Shown: piece by piece, positions 17,384 to 27,062 of the stretch
How positions within the stretch are numbered: position 1 is the first letter of the stretch
How the letters are laid out: each line of letters begins with the position of its first letter
Notes under the pieces: generated by a model
The model's input: only the letters and a program-made list of their open reading frames with translations
Database searches by the model: none
What the model was told of the DNA's origin: nothing
Source of the DNA: Candidatus Sumerlaeia bacterium
GTDB taxonomy: Bacteria > Sumerlaeota > Sumerlaeia > SLMS01
Reading direction: 5' to 3'
Assembly: GCA_038208905.1 (NCBI GenBank)
Contig: JBBQYG010000004.1
Span: 1 to 61,327, forward strand
Length of the DNA: 61,327 nucleotides
Position numbers and translations under genes: made by a program

Positions 17384-18004
17384 TCACGTCGTCGTTTCCG
17401 TGAGCCAGTCCCTCAGGCGAATCGTCCGCCCGTGGGGTTTCTTTCCCTCCATGCGGAGGCTTTCGAACTTTGCCTCCGACACGCGAAGCGCCGCCTTGCG
17501 CGGTGGCAGCGCCAGCAATTCGCGGCGGAGAGCCTCCACGCCCTCAAAGGAGCGTGTCGGTTCCAAAAAATCGGCAATATACAGCACCAACCCTACGTCC
17601 CCAAGCCCCGGGGTTCCGGTGGTGTGCCAGGCGGCGGCCTCCAGCACCTCGGCGTCGGCGATGCCAAGGTCCCGGCGCCCCACCACCGCGGCGGCCATGC
17701 CATGCCATGCCTGGGGATGGTCGAAGTCCTCGGCATCGAGTGCGAAATCAGTCTGCGCCTCGAGGGTCTTCCTGAGCGAACTCTTAGATTCCGCCTTGAG
17801 GAGGTCGTGGAGCAGCGCCGCGAGGGTCGCTTTCTCTGTATTTACACCCCACTTGGACGCATACCCGGTGGCCAAGCCCTCCACGCCCATGACGTGGCAA
17901 AACCGGGCGGGGGATAGGGACTCCGCCAAGCGGTGGCGCAGGGCGGTGGCAACGTGGGAAGGGGTGGCCGTGGGTCGATCTCGCGTTCTTGGACTGATTA
18001 CCAA
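17384..18004 (-). CDS. yqeK: HD-domain hydrolase YqeK (Ap4A hydrolase family)
   Basis: RFCHVMGV...AALLHDLLK...AWHG..AA and the later WHTTG..LVLYIADFLEP match the family. Its position upstream of rsfS is conserved synteny. The start (TTG at 18004) is uncertain. Confidence 0.7.
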   Translation of the reverse strand: MVISPRTRDRPTATPSHVATALRHRLAESLSPARFCHVMGVEGLATGYASKWGVNTEKATLAALLHDLLKAESKSSLRKTLEAQTDFALDAEDFDHPQAWHGMAAAVVGRRDLGIADAEVLEAAAWHTTGTPGLGDVGLVLYIADFLEPTRSFEGVEALRRELLALPPRKAALRVSEAKFESLRMEGKKPHGRTIRLRDWLTETTT

Positions 18005-18106
18005 CCTCTGCTAGCTAGTCGGCAAGCGTCGCTGATGCAAGCCGATTTCCGAAAGCTGGGAAAAAAGTAGTGCCCCACTACCCCGCAGGAGAGCCCGATT
18101 GCGTCA

Positions 18107-19051
18107 TCAATCCTTGTTGGGTCGGGCATAGATAGGCCGACCCTTCGCATCGTACTTCACGGCGTTTGGACCCACGCGCAAGGGCGATATGAGGCCCTCG
18201 TGGGTCCACCGGATCGAGAAGTAGGGCTCTTCCCGCAAATCGGCGAAGCGCCACTTCTTGATCTGCTCGCTCCAGGAAAACGAGGCCACAAAAACCCGTG
18301 GCGGGCCCTGATCGTCGATGCGCTGGATGGCGGGGCTGCGGAACACGGCGAGCTGGTCGTCCTTCCAGGGCGGCTTGGGTGCGATCAGGATCTCCGCGCC
18401 GTCAAAGCTCGATGCCAACTCGGCTTGGCTCTCAAACGCCCCGCGGTCATGGAGGCGGCGATACTCGGCCTTCACGTCGTCGCGGTTCTTCGTTCGGGAT
18501 AGCCGGTCGATGTTGCGGCGGGAATACATATCGACCAGTCCCTCCATGTTTCCCTCCACCCACAGGCTGCGCCATGTCGCCAACGCCCCCACGGGTGTGC
18601 TGGGATCGCTCACCGTTTTGCCGTCAAGGATCACCTTCTCATAGGTGGCGAGGCTTTCGACATACCGCTGGCGGGTGCGCCAGGTAAGGAAGCGTTCCAC
18701 GCCGATCACCACCACGATGGCCACCAGAAATATCCCCACCACCAGGAAGGCCTGGGACTTCGCCCGGCGGAATGCCACTTTGTCCTCGTCGCTCGCCTCG
18801 TCCTTGAGCCGCTGGCGCAGGCGCTCGCGGCTCATCCCGCGCACGGCATCGCGCTCGTCGCGCTCCTTGCGGCGTTGGTCCTTTTCCGCCTCCTTCTCCT
18901 GCTGGCGAACATCGTCGGGCTTGAGTGCGTCCCAGTTGCGCCGCCGCCCCTTCACGATCTTGTCGTAGTCCATATTCAACGCCCCCGGGCCATTCCGACT
19001 CTCCGATGCAATGCATGGAGCATTGGGGGGTTGGTTGGCAAGGTCATCCAT
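18107..19051 (-). CDS. hypothetical single-pass membrane protein with a Lys/Arg/Glu/Asp-rich N-terminal region
   Basis: This is the only long ORF in the interval. It has a charged N-terminus, one hydrophobic segment (AFLVVGIFLVAIVVVIGV), and a C-terminal domain of about 190 aa with no motif I recognise. An alternative ATG lies at 18973. Confidence 0.5.
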   Translation of the reverse strand: MDDLANQPPNAPCIASESRNGPGALNMDYDKIVKGRRRNWDALKPDDVRQQEKEAEKDQRRKERDERDAVRGMSRERLRQRLKDEASDEDKVAFRRAKSQAFLVVGIFLVAIVVVIGVERFLTWRTRQRYVESLATYEKVILDGKTVSDPSTPVGALATWRSLWVEGNMEGLVDMYSRRNIDRLSRTKNRDDVKAEYRRLHDRGAFESQAELASSFDGAEILIAPKPPWKDDQLAVFRSPAIQRIDDQGPPRVFVASFSWSEQIKKWRFADLREEPYFSIRWTHEGLISPLRVGPNAVKYDAKGRPIYARPNKD

Positions 19052-19169
19052 GCGCCGGGATCGTCGGCCCGTGGGCCCGAATTCTCCTTAACACCCGCCC
19101 CGCCGCCGCCTAGCCTCCGGCCAATCATCCAATCGCGATTCCGCGCCTCCCGCCACTGAAAGGCCGCTC

Positions 19170-20384
19170 ATGGCAGCCAAGTCCAAGGTGACCCCCAAGA
19201 AGGCAAAGCCCGCCAAGGCCATCACGCCGCCAATTCAGGCACTGCCCCCGGTTTCCCAGGATCAGCCCGCGGTACTTGGGCGCCGCAAGGGGACCAAGCG
19301 CATCGCCATACTGACCGGCGGGGGCGATTGCCCGGGGCTTAATGCCGTGATCCGCGCGGTGGTTAAATCGGCCATCGGCAAGCACGGATTTCAGTGCTAT
19401 GGCATCGAGGATGGATTCCACGGGCTGATCTATCGCCGCGCGCACCCGCTCGACTCCTTCGCCGTTTCGGGGATTCTGAACCAAGGCGGCACGATCCTCG
19501 GCAGCAGCAACAAGGACAACCCCTTCAGCCATACTATGCACATCAACGGAAAGGATCAAACCGTCGATCTCTCTGGCCAGTGCATCGAGTATATACGCCA
19601 GATGGGTTGGGACTGCCTGGTCTGCATCGGCGGAGACGGCACCCTGACGATGGCGTCGCAACTCGCCAAGAAGGGCGTCTCGGTCATCGGCATACCCAAG
19701 ACGATCGACAACGACCTGAGCGCGACCGACTATACATTTGGATTCGCCACGGCGGTGCAGACCGCCGTGGACGCGCTGGACCGGCTCCATACCACGGCGA
19801 TGAGTCACCATCGCGTGCAAATCCTGGAGGTCATGGGTCGCTATGCGGGGCATCTGGCTCTGGAGTCGGGAATCGCCGGCGGGGGCGACGTGATCCTGAT
19901 CCCGGAGATCCCCTACGACATCGACGTGGTATGCGAGGAGTGCCTGCGCCGCTCCCGTTCGGGAAAGCGGTTCTCCATCGTGGTGGTGGCCGAGGGCGCC
20001 AAGCCCATCGGTGGCGAGCTGACCATTGCCAAGCTTGTTAGAAACATGCCCGATCCCATCCGCCTCGGCGGAATCGCCAACGTGATCGCGGAGCAGATTT
20101 GCCAGCGCACGGGCCTTGAAGCGCGTGCCACCGTGCTCGGCCACTTGCAGCGCGGAGGCTCGCCCATCGCGGTCGATCGCATTCTCTCCACGCGTTTCGG
20201 GCATCACGCCGTGGAACTGATCGCACGCGGCAAGTATGGCCGCATGGTGGCCCTTCAGGGTAGCGCCATCGGCGACGTGGCGCTGCAGGACGCGATTCAC
20301 AAGCTGAAGCCCGTGGACGTGAAGAGCGAAATGATCCGCGCGGCGCGCGCCGTGGGCACCTGCTTCGGCGACGCAACGCCATGA
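19170..20384 (+). CDS. pfkA: 6-phosphofructokinase (GGDG type, probably ATP-dependent)
   Basis: IAILTGGGDCPGLNAVIRAVV, IGGDGTLT, GIPKTIDNDL, MGRYAGHLAL. Confidence 0.85.
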   Translation: MAAKSKVTPKKAKPAKAITPPIQALPPVSQDQPAVLGRRKGTKRIAILTGGGDCPGLNAVIRAVVKSAIGKHGFQCYGIEDGFHGLIYRRAHPLDSFAVSGILNQGGTILGSSNKDNPFSHTMHINGKDQTVDLSGQCIEYIRQMGWDCLVCIGGDGTLTMASQLAKKGVSVIGIPKTIDNDLSATDYTFGFATAVQTAVDALDRLHTTAMSHHRVQILEVMGRYAGHLALESGIAGGGDVILIPEIPYDIDVVCEECLRRSRSGKRFSIVVVAEGAKPIGGELTIAKLVRNMPDPIRLGGIANVIAEQICQRTGLEARATVLGHLQRGGSPIAVDRILSTRFGHHAVELIARGKYGRMVALQGSAIGDVALQDAIHKLKPVDVKSEMIRAARAVGTCFGDATP

Positions 20385-21973
20385 GTTCCGACGCGATCGC
20401 CTCACCCGCCGCGGAGACCGAGGCCCGATGGGAGCGGCTGCGCGGCAACTTCGCCCTCGCCCTCGCCGCGGGTGCGTCGCGCGTTCGCGAGGCTGGCGGC
20501 GCGCCCCACTCCGTGCAGCTCGACGAGCGGCTGGTGCAGGCGATCTGGCACGACCAGATGCTCCGCGCCGAGGAGCTTGTCACGGCCAGCGGCAAGCGGC
20601 TGGAGGTCATCGAACCCGGCCGCTGGAACACCACCCGCGGTCCCGACTTCCTGGACGCGCGCATTCGCCTGGCTGGTGAGGTGGTGCAGGGCGACATCGA
20701 AATCCACGTCCACTCCGCCGATTGGTCGCGCCACGGCCACCATCAGGATTTCGAATACAACCGCACCATCCTCCACGTCGCGCTCCGCCCCGGCGACGAC
20801 CGCCCCTACGACGAGAAGCAGAACGGCGAGCGGCTGGAACGTCTATACATCGAGCACGCGCTGGAGCCCGATCTCGACACGATCCGCGCGACCATCAACG
20901 CGGCGGACTATCCGCATGGCCGACCGGCGCACTTGGGGCTCTGCCACGAGGAGTTTCTGCGGCTCCCCGATCCCCAGCTTCAGGAGTTCCTCCTCGCCGC
21001 GGGGAAGTCGCGCATTGAGCAGAAGATCGCCCGCTTCGCCGCCCAGCGCGCGACCGCCGACTTCCCGCAGCTCGTTTATCAGAGCGTGATGACGGGACAA
21101 GGGTTCAAGGGCTCCAAGACCCTGTATTTTCTCTTGAGCAAGCGCGCGCCGCTCTCGGAACTCGTGGAAATGTCGCGCGATTTTCCCGAGGCGGAGCGCG
21201 CGGATTTCTTCCTCTCCGTGCTGCTCCATGTGGCGGGGATCGTGGGCCGTTCGGGTTCGTTCCTTGAAGAACCCGACGAGGAGACGCGCGCGTTTCAGGA
21301 TCGATTGACGCGGCTCTGGCGCGCGGCGGCGCCCTATTTCTCCGACCGGTTGATGCCCCCCACCAAGCGCTGGTTTTCGGGCATGAGGCCCGCGGGATTC
21401 CCCACGCGCCGCCTGGCGGCGGTGGCGCTGCTGTTGGCGCGCCTCGCCGACCCGCACGCGCCGCTTTTTACTTACTTGCTGGAGCAGATCCGCAACGCAC
21501 CGCTGAACGCGATGAGCGCGAAGGAACTGCGCGAGTTCCATCGCCGCCTCCTCGGCCAGATCGTGGTTCCCGGAGACGCGCACTATTTCGGTATGCACTT
21601 CACACTCGGTGGCAAGAAGCAGAAGCCCCAGTCGCTCCTCGGCGAACCCGCGGCGGAAAGCCTCGTCTTCAACGTGGTGCTGCCGCTCGGTATTCTCTCG
21701 GCGCGAGAGACGCGCGACCGCGCGCTGGCGGAGAACTGCTGGCGACTCGCTCTCGGGTTTCCGTCGCTGGAAAAGAACTCCATCGTATCCTTCATGGAGA
21801 AGCGCATTTTCGGAGAGACCGGCGCCGCTCGGTCCCTGACGCGGCTGGAGATTTTCCAGCAAGCGCTGCTCAAGATATTCTCCGACTGCTGCGCCCAGAA
21901 TGAACGCACCTGCGACGACTGTACCTTCTTCTCCCTTGCGGAGCGCCTGCGCCGCGAGGGGGTGAACACCTGA
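20381..21973 (+). CDS. DUF2851 family protein
   Basis: VQAIWHDQ...LEVIEPGRWNTTRGPDFLDARIRL.G....GDIEIHVHSADWSRHGHHQD resembles the DUF2851 N-terminal signature. The ATG overlaps the pfkA stop (ATGA). Confidence 0.65.
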   Translation: MSSDAIASPAAETEARWERLRGNFALALAAGASRVREAGGAPHSVQLDERLVQAIWHDQMLRAEELVTASGKRLEVIEPGRWNTTRGPDFLDARIRLAGEVVQGDIEIHVHSADWSRHGHHQDFEYNRTILHVALRPGDDRPYDEKQNGERLERLYIEHALEPDLDTIRATINAADYPHGRPAHLGLCHEEFLRLPDPQLQEFLLAAGKSRIEQKIARFAAQRATADFPQLVYQSVMTGQGFKGSKTLYFLLSKRAPLSELVEMSRDFPEAERADFFLSVLLHVAGIVGRSGSFLEEPDEETRAFQDRLTRLWRAAAPYFSDRLMPPTKRWFSGMRPAGFPTRRLAAVALLLARLADPHAPLFTYLLEQIRNAPLNAMSAKELREFHRRLLGQIVVPGDAHYFGMHFTLGGKKQKPQSLLGEPAAESLVFNVVLPLGILSARETRDRALAENCWRLALGFPSLEKNSIVSFMEKRIFGETGAARSLTRLEIFQQALLKIFSDCCAQNERTCDDCTFFSLAERLRREGVNT

Positions 21974-21978
21974 CCGAC

Positions 21979-24705
21979 ATGGGTAGAAAGCGGAGGAGCG
22001 CTTCCTCCCCAGCATACGCCACTCCGCCATCGCCCCCGCAATCGCCGCCGGGCGAGCTGGAAATCATTCGCGGCCTGTTGCGCGAGGCACGGACCATTTG
22101 GCCGTGGCTGGTCGCCGTCGCCGTTGTAGCGGGGCTCCTCCGATTCATCCAGCTTGGCGAGGCAAGCCTGTGGATGGATGAGATCGTGATCATCCAAGAG
22201 GCGTATCTGCGCGAGTACCGCACCGTCTCCTTCCGCGCGCACTCGGCCCACCTCGTGCCCGTGTCGATCCTGCTGAACGCATTCGGCCAGACGGCCTTCG
22301 TGCTGCGCCTCTGGAGCGCGATCCTCGGTACGCTCGCGTGCCCGGTTCTCATGCTTTGGGCCCACTGGACGGCGGGGCGTGGATTGGCGATTCCGATGGG
22401 AATCTTCACGGCGACGAGCTGCTTTCTGCTGATGTATTCGCAGGACGGAAACTACTACGCGGGGATGGTGTTCTATCTGGCGATTCAACTCGTGGGCTAT
22501 GCGCTGTTCTTTCGCGGCGCGCCACACGCGGGAATGATGCTCGCGATTGGCGGGGGAGTGCTCGCGCTCCTCAACCATCCGATCTCGGTGATTCCCACCG
22601 CGACAATCATCGGCGGGATGCTAGTCGGCTCATTGGTGTTCCCGTCAGTGCGAAGCACGGTGTGGAGCACTCGCCCCTCGGATTGGCGGCGCCGTCCACT
22701 GCTGCCGATTCTCGCGATTGGATTCCTCTGCGCGCTGCCAGTGCTGTGGCGTGTTGTTCCGCGTGTGCACGGATTCCTAAGCGGCATGATCGATCCCGGG
22801 GCCGCGACGCTGACGAATGTGGAGCTAGGCGCGCGCCTCTTCCTCGATCACGGAACGGGGCTGATGGTGAACTTCCATCGGACGGAGCCATGGCATCGTT
22901 TTCTGGGCGGCGGCGCGTGGGTCCTGGCGGCGGTTGGCCTCGCATCGTCCTTTTTGTTGGCGCGCCGGACGCGCGACATTTCGCTGGCGGCGTTTGCCGG
23001 GCTCGTCGTGGTGACACTGGCATCTTCCTATGCAGTGCTGTTCAGTCTGAGCCTGAATCGCAACTTCAACCTGCGCTACTTCTCCTACCTCGTCCCGCTG
23101 CTGGGTGCCGCGGCGCTGATGGCACCGATGTTCCTCGCGCAGAGCATGGCGGAGAGGTTCCGCGCTTACCTCCCACTCCTGCTTCTGCCGTTCGTCCTGC
23201 CATTCACTGTAAGGTATATGCTCACCGATCACTCCAACTATCGCGCTGCCGCCAGCATCCTCGTCGCGGATGGCAGAGAGGCCACGCCGATTCTCGCCGC
23301 CACGCGAAACGACACGGTGGAGGCGGCGTACTATCTTTCCCAAGCCGGCCTTCCCTCGCTGCCGCCGCAATTTGCCGCGCTGAATCAGCCGGGATACGCC
23401 GATCTGTTTGCGGGCCCGCTGCCGTTCGTGCTGAGCCAATCCGACGACCTCTGGATCCTGAGCGCCTGGCGATATGTCGAGCAGCCGCGTCTATACAGAT
23501 TTCTGGATGATTCGGTTCCGCTCGCCTATTCCGGCAGGTCGAAATGGGGGAGCGAGCATGACCTCAAAATTTATCGCTGGAGGGCGGATGCGGCGCGGTC
23601 GTATCCCCGGCTTGCCTCTCGCGCAGCAGATCGTACCGTGACAATGCCAACGCTTCCCGAATCGCTTCGCATGGACTTCCACCAGGCAGCCAACATGCCA
23701 GAACACACGCGCTACTTCCTCTCCGAAGGAATGCTCCGCAACGAGCGCGATGGATCCATCGACTTCATGGTGTTTCAGCCGACGAATCGGCGTCGCTTGG
23801 TCGTGGAGATCGCTGCCCCCGATCCTGCGGACGCGCTGCTGCGACAGAACGCGGGGCCTATCCCCGGGGGCATCATGGTGGGTATCGCGGTGGACGGCGT
23901 GCATCGCGGTTTCTGGAGTTTCCGCGACAGCCCCGGTCAGCCGTTTTCATTCTCCCCCGACTTGGATTTGCCGGCGGGCAACCATCGCATCACGATTATC
24001 GGCTGCATGCCGCGTCTCGACTATACGCCCTACTTTCCGTGGCGCATCGCGGGCATAGAATGGAGCATCGGTGTCGCCGAAACAGCGGCGCCCAGCGACG
24101 AAGCACGCGGCATGGTCCGGCTCTCTCCTGGCTGGAGCGCAGTCCCCATCGCTGGCGAGCCCGGCGGCGTGCTTTCCGCCGATTGGCAAGTGTCTTCGCC
24201 GAGCGACGTAACTGTGGACGAAACCGTGAGGGGCCCGGCCGGCGATCCCGCAATTCGCATCTGGATCCCGGGCGAATCGCGCGACCCGTTCATGTTGGCG
24301 GCTCCGCCGATGGCGGTGATTCCGGGCACGTTGGCGACATACTGGTTCTACCTCCAGTTCAGCGGGCTCGAGCATCAGGAGCTTACGCCCATCCACATCT
24401 TCCTGGATTCCAAGGGCCAACCCCTAGGCGGGAATCGCCTCGCGAATGGCCCCAACATTCGCGGCATGACACTCGGCAAGAGCTGGATTCGCCGACAGGT
24501 CACCGTGCCGGTCCCCGATGACGCCGCCTACTTGATCGGCGGATTCCAGTCACTTCCGCTGCCTCGGGGCCGGTCGGATGGCGCAACGATCCGCGTCGCC
24601 TCGTTCGCGTCTCCGGGGGTCACGGGCGCGCAGTTCTCTGACCCTGCGCTTTCCGATTCTTACTTCGGATTCGGCGAGGAGGCCGCCGTTGGAGACGGAA
24701 AGTAG
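21979..24705 (+). CDS. GT-C fold (GT39/ArnT-like) polytopic membrane glycosyltransferase with a large C-terminal extracytoplasmic domain
   Basis: There are more than 10 hydrophobic segments. The first loop carries LGEASLWMDEI, a DE motif typical of ArnT/PMT-like enzymes. The soluble C-terminal part, about 450 aa, has no recognised motif. Confidence 0.6.
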   Translation: MGRKRRSASSPAYATPPSPPQSPPGELEIIRGLLREARTIWPWLVAVAVVAGLLRFIQLGEASLWMDEIVIIQEAYLREYRTVSFRAHSAHLVPVSILLNAFGQTAFVLRLWSAILGTLACPVLMLWAHWTAGRGLAIPMGIFTATSCFLLMYSQDGNYYAGMVFYLAIQLVGYALFFRGAPHAGMMLAIGGGVLALLNHPISVIPTATIIGGMLVGSLVFPSVRSTVWSTRPSDWRRRPLLPILAIGFLCALPVLWRVVPRVHGFLSGMIDPGAATLTNVELGARLFLDHGTGLMVNFHRTEPWHRFLGGGAWVLAAVGLASSFLLARRTRDISLAAFAGLVVVTLASSYAVLFSLSLNRNFNLRYFSYLVPLLGAAALMAPMFLAQSMAERFRAYLPLLLLPFVLPFTVRYMLTDHSNYRAAASILVADGREATPILAATRNDTVEAAYYLSQAGLPSLPPQFAALNQPGYADLFAGPLPFVLSQSDDLWILSAWRYVEQPRLYRFLDDSVPLAYSGRSKWGSEHDLKIYRWRADAARSYPRLASRAADRTVTMPTLPESLRMDFHQAANMPEHTRYFLSEGMLRNERDGSIDFMVFQPTNRRRLVVEIAAPDPADALLRQNAGPIPGGIMVGIAVDGVHRGFWSFRDSPGQPFSFSPDLDLPAGNHRITIIGCMPRLDYTPYFPWRIAGIEWSIGVAETAAPSDEARGMVRLSPGWSAVPIAGEPGGVLSADWQVSSPSDVTVDETVRGPAGDPAIRIWIPGESRDPFMLAAPPMAVIPGTLATYWFYLQFSGLEHQELTPIHIFLDSKGQPLGGNRLANGPNIRGMTLGKSWIRRQVTVPVPDDAAYLIGGFQSLPLPRGRSDGATIRVASFASPGVTGAQFSDPALSDSYFGFGEEAAVGDGK

Positions 24706-26275
24706 TCCGCGCACCGGTCGGCTGGTCCTTGGCCTCGGGATCGCCGTCTTCGCGGGCGTGTGGGCAACGCGGCTCGCGCTGGTCTGGTTCATGCCCGATC
24801 GCTGGCTGTTCGCCTCGGTGCCCGACGATGCCTTCTACTACTTTCAGATCGCGCGCAACATCGCCGGAGGCGTGGGTTCCACGTTCGATGGCATCAACAA
24901 GACCAACGGCTATCATCCGCTCTGGATGATCTGCTGCTCGACGGTGGCGTTGCTGAAAGACGCGACCATCGAGGGCGGCGCCGCATTCGCGCGGGCGATG
25001 TTGACGTTCCAGCTCTTGCTTGGGGGTTCGGCTTACGCGCTTCTTGCCGTTGTCCTCGCGCGGGCGCGAGTGCGGCTGGCACTCGTCGGCCTCCTCTTGT
25101 TGTTCGGTGCGAATCCGTACACTGTCTACGGCTTCACCGATGGAATGGAGAGCGGCGCCGTGTTGTTGTTCTGCGCGGCCTTCGTGGCGACGTGCCTGCG
25201 GTGGCGACCGTCGGAGACGGCGGTCGAGGTGCGCGATGTTGCCTTCGGCGCGCTGTTGGGAATCGGATTTCTCGCGCGGCTCGATCTCGCGCTGCTCGCC
25301 GTGGCCTCCGGTGTGGCAGCGTTCGCGATGATCTGGTGGAGGACTCCGCGGGCGATCCTTGCGAAGGGTGCCGCATGGGGCGTTCCCTTCCTGCTCACCT
25401 TCGTTGTCTATACGTTCCTCAATAGCCGGACGTTCGATTCCCTGACGCCGATCAGTGGCGCGCTCAAGTCGTCGTTTCCGGTGCCCACGCTCAACACGGT
25501 TGCGCTGCGCGGACACTTCCCCGCGATCGTATTCGGTATTCTGGTTGTGGCGGGCGGCGTACGGCTCGCCCGCGACCTTTCTGCGCCCCGCGAGCGCCGG
25601 TTTCTCTCGCTCGCGGTCGCGGTCTTTGTGGCGATGCACCTTGGGCACACGATCTTCTTCACGCGGTGGGGCGTCCATGCGTGGCACTTCACCGCGGTGT
25701 GGCTACTGGGCGCCACGGTGGCCGCGATGCTGGGTGATCGCCTTCCCCAACTTCGCGGCACTGCTGTCGCGGCCATCGCCGCTGTGTTCTTCGTCGTCTC
25801 CATCGCGGGCCAGATCGTGTTTCTGCGCGGGCGGGAGGATCGCGCGTTTCAGGCGCGGAGCTTCGATGCCGCGGCGTGGGCCCGCGACCACGTTCTGCCC
25901 GGGCGCGCCATCGGCATGTCCGACTGTGGCGCGTTCGGCTTCGCGCTCGGCGGCTTGGTCGTGAACCTGGATGGCGTGGTGAACAACCGCGCGTATCAGG
26001 AGGCCCTAGTAGCGCGTGGACTTGGGGAGTATCTGCGCGAGCAGGGCGTCGGCTACCTCGCCCACCATGCCGTCCGCGTCGAGCGGGTTGGGAACGGCTA
26101 TGGAACTTACGACTACCGCGCCTTCAGCCGTCTATACAACCGGCCCGGCGGCGCCGTGCTGCTGTCTGAACACGACGAGGTTTATCGCAGCGCGCCGTTC
26201 AACGATGGCAAAGGCGAAAAGGTGTTTGTGGTTTGGAAGCTGCCAGGCCGGCCGCTTCGCCCCAGGCCGCGGTAG
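24689..26275 (+). CDS. polytopic membrane protein, probable second GT-C-like glycosyltransferase
   Basis: SVPDDAFYYFQIARNIAGGVGSTFDGINKTNGYHPLW is followed by many TM segments. The start is uncertain: I chose the TTG at 24689, but the track ATG at 24578 would overlap the upstream gene by 128 nt. Confidence 0.5.
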   Translation: METESSPRTGRLVLGLGIAVFAGVWATRLALVWFMPDRWLFASVPDDAFYYFQIARNIAGGVGSTFDGINKTNGYHPLWMICCSTVALLKDATIEGGAAFARAMLTFQLLLGGSAYALLAVVLARARVRLALVGLLLLFGANPYTVYGFTDGMESGAVLLFCAAFVATCLRWRPSETAVEVRDVAFGALLGIGFLARLDLALLAVASGVAAFAMIWWRTPRAILAKGAAWGVPFLLTFVVYTFLNSRTFDSLTPISGALKSSFPVPTLNTVALRGHFPAIVFGILVVAGGVRLARDLSAPRERRFLSLAVAVFVAMHLGHTIFFTRWGVHAWHFTAVWLLGATVAAMLGDRLPQLRGTAVAAIAAVFFVVSIAGQIVFLRGREDRAFQARSFDAAAWARDHVLPGRAIGMSDCGAFGFALGGLVVNLDGVVNNRAYQEALVARGLGEYLREQGVGYLAHHAVRVERVGNGYGTYDYRAFSRLYNRPGGAVLLSEHDEVYRSAPFNDGKGEKVFVVWKLPGRPLRPRPR

Positions 26276-26282
26276 CACGCCG

Positions 26283-27062
26283 CTACATGCCGTGGGCGAG
26301 TCGCTCCGCCAGCTCGCGCGGAAGGCCCGCGTCGATGATCGCCTTCTGGGCGCCCTCGAGATCATAATCGCAGCGCTTGATCTCCAGCTTGCGATTCTCG
26401 AAGTCCACCACCACGTAACAGGCTCGCGGGTTGTGGTCGCGGGGCTGGCCGACGGAACCCACATTGATCAGATAGCGGCATCCCTCGCGGATATCGACCT
26501 CGGGCCGCGTGGGGCACACCAGGTTTCCCTCGTCGTTTTCGATGATGAAGGGCTGGTGGCTGTGGCCGATGAAGCAAATCTGCTCGGTGAAGTAGTTGAA
26601 ATTCGTCCGCGCCTCGCCCATCGTGAGGATGTAATGCCATTCGCCCGGTTCCTTGGGCGACGCGTGAACATAGAAGACGTTGTTGGCGGTGTCGCGGATG
26701 CCCAGGCCCAGTTTCTTGAGGTACTCGACGTTGTCCTCGCGAAGGACCTTCTTGGTCCAGAGGACCGCCGCCTTGGCGATTTCGTTGAAGTTGGTGATGT
26801 CGGTCAGCATCAGCGCGGCGTGGTCGTGGTTGCCTGCGATCGCGGGAATCCCGAGCTTGATCAGGGTATCCACGCATTCGTTGGGGCGCGCGCCATAGCC
26901 GACGACGTCGCCGCAGCACACGATCATGTCCACGTTCTCGCTCTGCAACTGCGCGAGTACAGCCTCCAGTGCGTGGAGGTTGCCGTGGATGTCCGAGAGG
27001 ACACCCACCCGCTTGCACACGCGGGTCAGATCAAGGCCTTGAGGGTTCGGATTGCCAGTCAT
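26283..27062 (-). CDS. calcineurin-like metallophosphoesterase (YfcE-type)
   Basis: VGVLSDIHGN, CCGDVVGYG, AGNHD and GHSH are MPP motifs I to IV. Confidence 0.8.
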   Translation of the reverse strand: MTGNPNPQGLDLTRVCKRVGVLSDIHGNLHALEAVLAQLQSENVDMIVCCGDVVGYGARPNECVDTLIKLGIPAIAGNHDHAALMLTDITNFNEIAKAAVLWTKKVLREDNVEYLKKLGLGIRDTANNVFYVHASPKEPGEWHYILTMGEARTNFNYFTEQICFIGHSHQPFIIENDEGNLVCPTRPEVDIREGCRYLINVGSVGQPRDHNPRACYVVVDFENRKLEIKRCDYDLEGAQKAIIDAGLPRELAERLAHGM

